NCBI GenBank assembly: GCA_039589315.1
Contig: JBDHHQ010000069.1
Span: 1 to 38,447, forward strand
From: Gemmatimonadota bacterium
GTDB taxonomy: Bacteria; Gemmatimonadota; Gemmatimonadetes; Longimicrobiales; Gaopeijiaceae
DNA: 38,447 nt
Direction of reading: 5' to 3'
The translations under genes and the position numbers were made by a program. Of the stretch, positions 17,946-26,276 are shown piece after piece. Position 1 is the first letter of the stretch. Every line of letters starts with the position of its first letter. The notes beneath the pieces are model-generated. The model saw only the letters and a list, made by a program, of their open reading frames with translations, was not told the DNA's origin and ran no database searches.

Positions 17946-17998
17946 GGGACGCGTGCTGGACTTCGCGGTCGGAGCCGGGGGAACCCCCGCACAAATCG

Positions 17999-18350
17999 AT
18001 GCCACGCGTGATCTCGTCGACCCCGGGGCTTCAGCCCTACGCGGTCTTCGGCTGGTCCACCGCAGGCGAGATCCTGGTGAGCCTGCGACGGTTGGATCGG
18101 CCGTGGGCCCTGGCACTCGTCTCCGTGTCGAACGGCACGACGCGCATTCTGGAAAGCTTCGACTGGCCTATGCCGCGGGGCTGGCTGTCTCCGAACGGGC
18201 AACTCGTCGCCTACGATCTTCGAGCGGAGGGGGGCGCACCGGAGCACGACATCCACCTGGTCTCCACCGACGGAGGCCGGAAGAACACGTTGGTCGACGG
18301 GGCCGACGATGACGTAGTGCTGGGCTGGGAACCCGGAGGTAACCTGCTCC
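17999..18350 (+). pseudogene. TolB/PD40-type beta-propeller fragment
   Basis: FGWSTAGEILV, LSPNGQLVAYD, DIHLVSTDGG and LGWEPGG; both ends are missing. Confidence 0.6.
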
Positions 18351-18465
18351 ATGCGCGCCTTCGATCCGGGCGAACCTTTCCAGCCATTGCCCACGTACCA
18401 TCACACCCGTCACCAACCGGTACTTCAGCGCTCGGTCATACCCTCGATTGGCGGTGCCGGCGGGG

Positions 18466-19524
18466 CTACGGCACCTGCTGGCACGCCCCATGCCCGGCAA
18501 CCCACTCCAAGGCCGCCACCAGCGCCGCGTCCGTCGCCGGGTCGCCCGTGTCCTCTCCCACTACGGTATGGTCAGGCGGAAGCTCCGCGCCGTAGACCTC
18601 ACCCGTCCGATCGGCCATGGTTGCCACAGCCAAGAGCAACAAGGCTCCGTCGGACCGGGGAAAGCCTGCATTGGCCGTGGTAAGGCCTGCGGTCGGCGTG
18701 CCGAACGAGACCGTCGCCGGGCGACCGCGGAAGCTGACCGCGACGGCCTCACCGGAGCTTCCCGTACCGGGGCCGGTGAGCACCGCGGCAGCCGGGTCGG
18801 CGTCAACGAGCTCATACGGATCTTCCACCTGGACAATGAAGCTCTCGTCGATTCCTGAGCCTCCGTCCCGGTAGAACCACTCACTCACCACGCCGTCCGA
18901 ATCGATGAATGACCCCGCGATGCCCTCTCCGAGGATCGGCCCCAGCCCGGCGATCATGGGCCACATGCTGCCGCCGCCGTTCCGCCTCAGGTCGACCACC
19001 CAGCCGCACAGCCCGACCTGATCTGCCTCCGCGATGACTTCGTAGTACTTCCGTATGCCGTCTTCCACAGGGTTGTTCTGCTCGTCCGCGATGAACGTCG
19101 GAGATGAAACGTATCCAATGGGACCCGTCGACCCGTCGAACACGACGCTCGTCGGATCAATGGGGTCCCGGCCCTGAAAGCTGGCCAGCTCCTGGGGTGT
19201 CAGGAACGCGCTGTGAGGATCGAGCTCGTCAACCGCCCACTTGAGCGCTGCGTACGTGTCGGCCGTGGTGACCGCGGCACCGGCCCGCTGAAAGGCGCCG
19301 TCACGTATCGCCGGCCAGTCGACCTGCGTCTTTACGACGGACCGGGCCTGCATGATGTCCAGCGCCTCGTTCATGTAGGTCTGGGCCTCTGGCGAGATGG
19401 TCGGGGAGGTAGGGGTGATCGGGTCTCTCGAGTCGGAGCAAGCGCCCAGTGTGACGACGATAGGCGCCAGCGAGATGGCGAGCACATGAGGTAAAAGGGA
19501 GGCAGGCGAACGATGACTGGTCAT
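18466..19524 (-). CDS. S41 family peptidase, lipoprotein
   Basis: Lipobox LGAC; DPHSAF, VDLRRNGGG, TGSSGEA and FGTPTAG. Confidence 0.92.
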   Translation of the reverse strand: MTSHRSPASLLPHVLAISLAPIVVTLGACSDSRDPITPTSPTISPEAQTYMNEALDIMQARSVVKTQVDWPAIRDGAFQRAGAAVTTADTYAALKWAVDELDPHSAFLTPQELASFQGRDPIDPTSVVFDGSTGPIGYVSSPTFIADEQNNPVEDGIRKYYEVIAEADQVGLCGWVVDLRRNGGGSMWPMIAGLGPILGEGIAGSFIDSDGVVSEWFYRDGGSGIDESFIVQVEDPYELVDADPAAAVLTGPGTGSSGEAVAVSFRGRPATVSFGTPTAGLTTANAGFPRSDGALLLLAVATMADRTGEVYGAELPPDHTVVGEDTGDPATDAALVAALEWVAGHGACQQVP

Positions 19525-19794
19525 GGCCGAGCTCCGGAGTGAATCGGGTCCCGCCTCGGGGGTGACCCGCAGAGCCGCTCGAGCATGCCGGGATCAGCCC
19601 TCCACGATCGGCGTTGGAGCACTGGTCTTAGCTACGACGCGGAGCGGCGGGACTTACTCGGCGATTCCAAAGCGACTCCCGGGAGGGCCGCGGGCGCCCG
19701 TTTCGAGCGCTACGCTCCGGCCAGCGGACGGAACAGGGCAGCACACACGCTCGGTTGGGGGAGTCTGCGTACCCGGGCAAGGAAGCCGAACCGA

Positions 19795-19839
19795 GTCTTC
19801 ATCAGTAGGTTCGGGGTTCGAGTCCCTGGCGAGGGTACT
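19795..19839 (+). repeat. Degenerate tRNA 3' half (att-like duplicate)
   Basis: GTCTTCATCAGTAGGTTCGGGGTTCGAGTCCCTGGCGAGGGTACT, with 21 nt identical to positions 1-21. No D-arm or 5' acceptor strand is seen upstream. Confidence 0.8.
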
Positions 19840-19845
19840 CAGAGA

Positions 19846-19877
19846 ACCGGGACCGCCGCGTGTACGGCGGTCCCGGT
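19846..19877. terminator. 13-bp hairpin homologous to the one at 31-65
   Basis: ACCGGGACCGCCG-N6-CGGCGGTCCCGGT, 70 nt from the convergent stop codon at 19947. Confidence 0.65.
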
Positions 19878-19946
19878 CTCCAATGGTGCGCCTACGGTGT
19901 GCCGCCGGTGGTCAGGACTCCCATCATCCCATCCTCCGGTGCCGAC

Positions 19947-20714
19947 TCAGTTCCCGCCGCTCAGCTCCGGCATGAGTTGGTGGTATTCGTCCCAGGAGTC
20001 CTCGATGTTGGTCCGGTTTCCGTCGATCCAAGCCTGCCAGGCACCCTGCCCGTGGACGTCGATGAAATCGGTACGGAACGACTGGAACCCCGATCCCGCG
20101 TCGAGGTCGCCCCACGTGTCGAAGGGCGTGATGACCACGACGTCAGGCCCGGTTTGTGGACGGAAGCGTGGCTGCATCACGACCGAAGACCGTGACCAAC
20201 CCTTGGCCTCGGCAACCTCCTTGATCATCCGACGTGACTGCATGAAGTCGCCCATGCGGCCTGGTGCGATCCTGTAGGCTCTGATCCGGAGGATGGGGTG
20301 CAACTCCTGATCGGTGACGTACGAGGCGCCGTCGTTCTGTCTCCAGTAGGAGACGTCCACCTCCGGCTCGAGGTGAGGCACGACGTTTTCCTGCCAGTCG
20401 TCATCGTGTCCACCAACGGATGGGCGGCCGTCAAGCTGGCCGAAGGTCAAAGGCCCCATCACCCAGACCAACTGAGCGGTCCGGGGGCCGTTGACCACGT
20501 ACCAGACGTTGGCGTGGTAGGGACCGCCCGAATGGTACTCCTGGTTGTGGGCCGCCATGGCCTCGTTCAGGTCGCCGAGGGCGTCCGGACTCGGCGTCAT
20601 GAATTGGACCTCGTACTGGGTGTACTCCTGACCTGACAGGGATGCCGGCAAGGTGGCCACAATGCCTAGCACGCCCAGTGTACCGAGGATGGCCATGTGG
20701 GGTCGGTGTGCCAT
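19947..20714 (-). CDS. Secreted hypothetical protein, possibly two NIPSNAP-like alpha/beta domains
   Basis: AAAGGAG RBS; signal peptide; two similar halves (GPLTFGQLD and TPFDTWGDLD). Confidence 0.7.
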   Translation of the reverse strand: MAHRPHMAILGTLGVLGIVATLPASLSGQEYTQYEVQFMTPSPDALGDLNEAMAAHNQEYHSGGPYHANVWYVVNGPRTAQLVWVMGPLTFGQLDGRPSVGGHDDDWQENVVPHLEPEVDVSYWRQNDGASYVTDQELHPILRIRAYRIAPGRMGDFMQSRRMIKEVAEAKGWSRSSVVMQPRFRPQTGPDVVVITPFDTWGDLDAGSGFQSFRTDFIDVHGQGAWQAWIDGNRTNIEDSWDEYHQLMPELSGGN

Positions 20715-21107
20715 GGATCGCTCCTTTGCGGAGGGGGGGGGCGCAAAGCCCGCCGGCGGCGGGCCGCGGGAGAAGCCGGGCCATGGAAAGGCCCGATTAA
20801 AAATGTCGATCCGGAAATCTGCTGGTGCCTGAGGTACAGCCCTCGCAAGGTGCGTGCATTCGGCGCCAACAGCAACGATTCTCCGGATCGGTGTTAGCGG
20901 CCGAACCGCTGCCCAGGGCCAGTTTCACCCCGCCTCCGCCTCGAGCGCGTCGATCGCACGCGCCTCGATCTCGCGGGGATCCGCGGTAGCGCGCGATCGG
21001 CTCGGTGAGCGCCGTGAAGCACGACGCGCCTGTCGTTTCTCCTGCCAGGTGACCGCTACTGCCGTTTCTCACTCGGTGCCGGGGAGAGGCGAAGAAGGCC
21101 GGCCGTC

Positions 21108-22646
21108 TTACGGCGTCAGGCCCGCGATCTCCCTTGCAGGGCCCGTCAGCTCGACGATGTGCAGGCCGGTTGAAGCGCGATCGAGCGAATAGATGTAGCC
21201 GCGGTCATCGATGTTGACGTTGTTGGTCTGCGTCACCACGTCGCACACGTTGACGCCGTCGATCTCTACGCAGGACTCCACCGTTTTCGTAGTCACTTCC
21301 GGGACGAAGTACGCGATCTCCCGCGGACGGAAGGGATCGCGGATGTCCACTGCCCGGATGCCGGCGTTGAAGTAAGAGAGCAGCACGATGGTCTTGTCGA
21401 AGCCGGGGTGTGAGGCGTCCTGAAGACCGTGGGGTCCGAAGCGCCCACCTCGGTTGCAGAAATCACCGGGCTCCTCCGGAACCTGAAACGTCGAGACGGG
21501 CGCGGGCTTCTCAACTTCCGTGATATCGACCATGAACATGATGTCTCGGGTGTCCTGACAGCGGTAGGCCGAGGCCTCGGACACGACGATCAAGAAATCT
21601 CGAACGCTATTCTCGAGGTTGTCCGCATAGTCCGACACGTCCATCCCGTAGATGGGCTTTGCCGTATGGACTCCCCAGTAGCTGGGCATGTCGAGCCGCG
21701 CGATCTGCGGATACAGGAGATTGTCCACGGTTGGCGCGAACGGATCGCCTGCACCAGGAATACCCGCCAGGAACCGGTCCCGATCCAGGATCTGCAGTAC
21801 GCCGTTACCTCCGCTTTCGTACCCGAGGTACATGCGATTCCCGACTACGACCGGCTGATGCAAACCGGCAATGTTCGGGGCTGGCAACGGGCCGCTCGCT
21901 CCGGGTTGCCACCCCGGAAGCCCGAAGTCACGGATGTGTTCCGGCTCCTCGGGGTCGCTCAGATCGTAGGCCTGTAGAATCCGAGTGACGCGCCAGCCAG
22001 CGGGCGTCCCGTTCAAGTACGCAATGCCTGACCCACAGTCCCACTGGAACTTGTGGGTCTCACGATTACCCCGGTCTGATTCCGTGCGCGCTGATACACC
22101 CGTCGTTCCGATCGTGATAAGGAACTCCGGCGCCGACGGATCCGTGACATCCAACAGCTCGTACCCGATCCGTCCGTTCGTGCGCACGAGATAGATCCTC
22201 TCGGGGTCGCCGTCGGGCAGGGCGGCGCCATCGCATACCTGGAGATGCTGGGTTCCGCTGGCCTCATCGCCGGTCGGCGGCTCGTGGTGAAGGAGGACCG
22301 GCCGGCCGGGATCGGTCACGTCCAGGATGGACATGCCATTCACCTCCACCGCCCCCGTTGCGGGGTTCAGGGCCTCGCCCGCGTGATGACCGACGAACAG
22401 GATCCGCCGATCACCATAGGCGTGGATGATGGGCTGATAGGCGGAGCGGGCCTGGAGGTCGTGGTGACCCACGAGTCTCATGTTGAGCGCTCTGGCAGGC
22501 CGGCCTTCGAGGTCCGTGGCCGAGGCCCCCTCTGCCTCGACTTCCCGAGCGTCGTCAGGCTGGCTACCACACGCGACGAAGAGAAGTACCAACACGATGC
22601 AGCAACACTGGCAACCCACTCGGCTCACGAGCTTCGGCCCGATCAT
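21108..22646 (-). CDS. LVIVD-repeat beta-propeller lipoprotein
   Basis: GAGGAGG RBS before ATG 22646; lipobox FVAC; repeats SILDVTDP, ELLDVTDP, FMVDITE and RAVDIRDP; NMRLVGHHDLQARSAYQ and GRFGPH. Confidence 0.85.
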   Translation of the reverse strand: MIGPKLVSRVGCQCCCIVLVLLFVACGSQPDDAREVEAEGASATDLEGRPARALNMRLVGHHDLQARSAYQPIIHAYGDRRILFVGHHAGEALNPATGAVEVNGMSILDVTDPGRPVLLHHEPPTGDEASGTQHLQVCDGAALPDGDPERIYLVRTNGRIGYELLDVTDPSAPEFLITIGTTGVSARTESDRGNRETHKFQWDCGSGIAYLNGTPAGWRVTRILQAYDLSDPEEPEHIRDFGLPGWQPGASGPLPAPNIAGLHQPVVVGNRMYLGYESGGNGVLQILDRDRFLAGIPGAGDPFAPTVDNLLYPQIARLDMPSYWGVHTAKPIYGMDVSDYADNLENSVRDFLIVVSEASAYRCQDTRDIMFMVDITEVEKPAPVSTFQVPEEPGDFCNRGGRFGPHGLQDASHPGFDKTIVLLSYFNAGIRAVDIRDPFRPREIAYFVPEVTTKTVESCVEIDGVNVCDVVTQTNNVNIDDRGYIYSLDRASTGLHIVELTGPAREIAGLTP

Positions 22647-22811
22647 GATCGCCCTCCTCGCTCGGCGCGCTTCGTCGCCGTTGATCTCCGGCAGCTGAGT
22701 GCGGTGGAGGTCGAGGCCGGTCACCCGGCGCTCGCCACGGGGCTGGCCTCCCGGGCCGATGCGGGGCACGTCTGGCTGCCAGAGGGTAGCGGCGGCCTTC
22801 GGCCCGATTCC

Positions 22812-23801
22812 TCAGGCGCTTACGTCGACCACGACCCGTCCTTTGACCTGGCCCTGCAAGATCGCGGGGCCAAGCGGAGCGACCTCAGCCAACGATACCG
22901 ACTCGACCATCGCCTCGAGCTGGCCCCGGGGCAGGTCGGCAGCCAGGCGATCCCACGCAATCACGCGATTGGCGTACGGCTGCATGACAGAGTCGATACC
23001 CAGCAGGTTGACTCCGCGCAGGATGAAGGGGATCACGGTGGCATCGAGGCGCATGCCTCCTGCGAGGCCCACAGCGGCGACAGATGAGCCGTACTTCATC
23101 TGAGCCAATGTTCTGGCCAGTACGGCGCCACCCACAGCATCGACGCATCCGGCCCATCGCTCGGACTCGAGCGGCTTGCCACGGGCCTCCAGCTCTCCCC
23201 GCGGCACGACGCTGCTCGCTCCCAGATCCCGCAGATACGGCTCCAGCCCCGGGCGGCCGGTCACGGCCGCGACCTCGTACCCGAGTTTGCCGAGGATCGC
23301 GGTCGCGATGGAGCCCACCCCACCCGTGGCGCCCGTCACGAGGACCTCGCCCTGCTCTGGCGTCAGGCCGTGTGCCTCCAGCGCCATGACCGCGAGCATC
23401 GCGGCGAAGCCCGCCGTGCCGATGGCCATCGCGTTCCGGGTCGACAGGGCCTCGGGGAGCGGGACCAACCAGTCGGCCTTGACCCTGGCCCGCTGTGCGT
23501 ACCCTCCCCACCGGAGCTCGCCGACTCGCCAGCCGGTCAACACGACCTTGTCGCCCACCTCGTACCGGGCATCGTCGGATGCCTCGACCGTTCCCGCGAA
23601 GTCGATCCCCGGCACATGCGGGTAGGTGCGCACCAGACCGCCACCCCCCGTGAGGCAGAGCCCGTCCTTGTAGTTCAGTGTGGAGTACTCGACCGCTACA
23701 GTGACGTCACCTTCCGGCAGCTGGCTCGGTTCGAGTTGCTCCACCGCCGAGCTCACCGCGCCTTCCTCGTCCTTTCGCACGACAAGGGCGTTGAAGGTCA
23801 T
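22812..23801 (-). CDS. acuI: Acryloyl-CoA reductase, YhdH/AcuI family MDR oxidoreductase
   Basis: YSTLNYKDGL, PHVPGIDFAG, GWRVGE..WGGY, AMAIGTAGF, VTGATGGVGS, PFILRGVNLLGIDSV; GGAGG RBS. Confidence 0.9.
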   Translation of the reverse strand: MTFNALVVRKDEEGAVSSAVEQLEPSQLPEGDVTVAVEYSTLNYKDGLCLTGGGGLVRTYPHVPGIDFAGTVEASDDARYEVGDKVVLTGWRVGELRWGGYAQRARVKADWLVPLPEALSTRNAMAIGTAGFAAMLAVMALEAHGLTPEQGEVLVTGATGGVGSIATAILGKLGYEVAAVTGRPGLEPYLRDLGASSVVPRGELEARGKPLESERWAGCVDAVGGAVLARTLAQMKYGSSVAAVGLAGGMRLDATVIPFILRGVNLLGIDSVMQPYANRVIAWDRLAADLPRGQLEAMVESVSLAEVAPLGPAILQGQVKGRVVVDVSA

Positions 23802-24205
23802 GTCTTCTCCTCCGATGGCCCACCTTCGATGGGGCCGTCTTCGTCCTTCCACGCAGCAAGGCCGCCGCCGATGTGGGCCACGTTGGTGAAGCCCATCTCC
23901 TGCAGCGTCTTGGCGGCCAGGGCGGACCGCCACCCCAGGTTGCAGTAGAGCACCAAACGGTCGGCCGAGGTCAGCACGTCGCGGTGATACGGGGACTCCG
24001 GGTCGACCCAGAACTCGAGCATGCCCCGCGGTACGTGATAGGAGCCGGGGATCTTCCCCTCCCGCTTGACCTCCCGCACGTCTCGCAGGTCCACCAGGAG
24101 CGCGCCGGCCGACTGGGCAGCCCTGGCTTCCTCAACGGACAGGGTCTCGATCTCGGCCTCCGCCAGCGCCACCAACTGCTTGTACCCGGTTGTCACGGGA
24201 CTCAT
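23798..24205 (-). CDS. Single-domain rhodanese-like protein
   Basis: LVDLRDVRE, GKIPGS.H.PRGMLEFW.DP.SPY, YCNLGWRS and HIGGGLAAW; ATGA overlaps at both ends. Confidence 0.9.
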   Translation of the reverse strand: MSPVTTGYKQLVALAEAEIETLSVEEARAAQSAGALLVDLRDVREVKREGKIPGSYHVPRGMLEFWVDPESPYHRDVLTSADRLVLYCNLGWRSALAAKTLQEMGFTNVAHIGGGLAAWKDEDGPIEGGPSEEKT

Positions 24206-26097
24206 CGGGGATACCCTATTCTCGAGAGCGCCACTGCGATCTCGTCGAAGATGACCGGGTCGTCGACAGTTGCGGGCATGGTCCACGGCGCGTCATCGGC
24301 GATGCGTGCGATCGTACCGCGCAAGATCTTGCCGGAACGGGTCTTCGGAAGCCGATCGACCACGACGGCGGACTTGAAGGACGCCACGGGGCCGATTCTC
24401 TCGCGGACCGACGCCACGACGTCGCCCACCACCTCGTCTTCCCCGCCGACGGCACCCACCTTGAGCACGAGGAATCCGACGGGCAACTGGCCCTTCAGCT
24501 GATCGGAGACGCCCACGACCGCGCACTCGGCGACGTCGGGATGGGAGGTGAGAACCTCTTCGAGGGCGCCGGTGGAGAGCCGATGTCCCGCCACGTTGAT
24601 GATGTCATCGGTACGGGCCATGACGTGGACATATCCGTCGTCGTCGATGAACCCGGCATCCGCCGTCTCATAGAAGCCCGGGTAGCTCGAGAGGTAGGTG
24701 TCGACGAATCGCTTGTCGGCGTTCCAGAGTGTAGGAAGTGACGAGGGGGGCATCGGCAGCCGGGCGCACAGGGCACCGACCTCGCCGGGCTGCAGTTCCT
24801 CCCCATGCGGTCCCATCACGACGAGGTCCCATCCCGGTGCGGGCCGGCCCGGTGACCCGGGCACTACTGGGGGCGTGTCGAGGCCCAAGCAACTCGCCGC
24901 GATCGCCCACCCCGTTTCGGTCTGCCACCAGTGGTCGATCACGGGCACTCCCAGCTGCTTCTCCGCCCAGGCGAGCGTGTCGGGGTCGCATCGCTCTCCC
25001 GCGAGGAAGAGCGAGCGGAAGTCGCTCAGGTCGTACTCGGGGATCAGCGACCCATCCGGGTCCTGCTGCCGGATGGCTCGGATCGCGGTGGGAGCCGTGA
25101 ACATGCTCGCGACCCGGTGCTGCGCGATGACCCGCCAAAAAGCACCCGCGTCGGGTGTCCCGACCGGTTTGCCCTCGTACAGCACGGTTGTGCAGCCGTG
25201 AAGGAGCGGTCCATACACGATGTAGGAGTGTCCGACCACCCAGCCGACGTCTGACGCCGCCCAATAGACCTCTCCGGGACCCACGTCGTAGACGTTCTTC
25301 ATCGTCCACTTCAAAGCGACGGCGTGGCCGCCGTTGTCGCGCACGATCCCTTTGGGGTGACCGGTCGTGCCGGAGGTGTACAGGATGTAGAGCGGGTCGG
25401 TCGCGGGCACCGGGACGCAGTCGTGCGGCTCGGCGAGTGCCATCTCCTCGTCCCAATCACGGTCACGGCCGGGCTGCATGTCTGCTGTCACCATCTCGCG
25501 CTGATACACGATGCACGTCGGCTGATGCGCGGTCACTCCGAGGGCGCCGTCGAGAAGCGGCTTGTATTCGATGACGCGATCGCGCTCGATCCCGCACGAC
25601 GCGGAAACCACCAACTTCGCGTCGCAGTCATCGATGCGGGTCGCCAGCTCCTTGGATGCGAACCCGCCGAACACGACGGAGTGAACCGCGCCGAGCCGAG
25701 CGCAGGCCAGCATGGCGATGACGGCTTGCGGGATCATCGGCATGTAGATGACGACGCGGTCGCCGCGACCGATTCCGTTCCGGCTCAATACGCCGGCAAA
25801 GAGCGCCACCCGGTCCCGTAGCTCGCGGTAGCTATAGGTCCGGGCTTCTCCGGTCACGGCGCTGTCGTAGATCAACGCGGCTTGCTCCGCGCGACCCCCC
25901 TCGATATGACGGTCGAGCGCGTTGTAGCAGGTGTTCAGCACGCCACCGACGAACCATCGTGCCGCTGGCGCTGCCGACCGGTCGAGGACCGCGTCCCACG
26001 GCCTGACCCACTCGACCTCATCTGCGGCCTCACCCCAGAACTCCTCGGGATCGTTCAGCGATCTGCGATAGATCGCCTCGAACGGGGAGTCACTCAC
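24202..26097 (-). CDS. prpE: Propionyl-CoA synthetase
   Basis: YILYTSGTTGHPKG, ASDVGWVVGHSYIVYGPL, YEGKPVGTPD, DHWWQTETGW, INVAGHRLS and LPKTRSGKILR. Confidence 0.92.
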   Translation of the reverse strand: MSDSPFEAIYRRSLNDPEEFWGEAADEVEWVRPWDAVLDRSAAPAARWFVGGVLNTCYNALDRHIEGGRAEQAALIYDSAVTGEARTYSYRELRDRVALFAGVLSRNGIGRGDRVVIYMPMIPQAVIAMLACARLGAVHSVVFGGFASKELATRIDDCDAKLVVSASCGIERDRVIEYKPLLDGALGVTAHQPTCIVYQREMVTADMQPGRDRDWDEEMALAEPHDCVPVPATDPLYILYTSGTTGHPKGIVRDNGGHAVALKWTMKNVYDVGPGEVYWAASDVGWVVGHSYIVYGPLLHGCTTVLYEGKPVGTPDAGAFWRVIAQHRVASMFTAPTAIRAIRQQDPDGSLIPEYDLSDFRSLFLAGERCDPDTLAWAEKQLGVPVIDHWWQTETGWAIAASCLGLDTPPVVPGSPGRPAPGWDLVVMGPHGEELQPGEVGALCARLPMPPSSLPTLWNADKRFVDTYLSSYPGFYETADAGFIDDDGYVHVMARTDDIINVAGHRLSTGALEEVLTSHPDVAECAVVGVSDQLKGQLPVGFLVLKVGAVGGEDEVVGDVVASVRERIGPVASFKSAVVVDRLPKTRSGKILRGTIARIADDAPWTMPATVDDPVIFDEIAVALSRIGYPR

Positions 26098-26276
26098 GCT
26101 GATCCGCCAGTCCCGTGCAGGGCCAGCCCGATTGCGACTGCATGACGACGGAGCGGGTCGGTTGTTCCGCAGCTCGAGGTGAACTCACGCTTGAGTCCCT
26201 TCTTGCACTAGCCATATCCGGAAGGCCCCACGGCGCATGACGTACGCGATCGACGGTGGTTCCGCAATTCCGGACG

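Larger units (their letters stand above)
1..19877. mobile_element. Putative tRNA-anchored genomic island, decayed, with no integrase seen
   Basis: TCGGGGTTCGAGTCCCTGGCG is identical at 1-21 and 19811-19831, and each copy is followed by a related hairpin. Pseudogenes are dense between the copies, while genes beyond 19877 are intact. Confidence 0.55.

Noticed and set aside
19740..19840. Intact tRNA gene
   Set aside because: No 5' acceptor strand or D-arm, and the anticodon loop and acceptor strand are altered; treated as an att-like remnant.
20920..21040. Possible minus-strand gene tail (FTALTEPIARYRG / EIEARAIDALEAEAG*)
   Set aside because: Short, needs a frameshift, and no family could be assigned.
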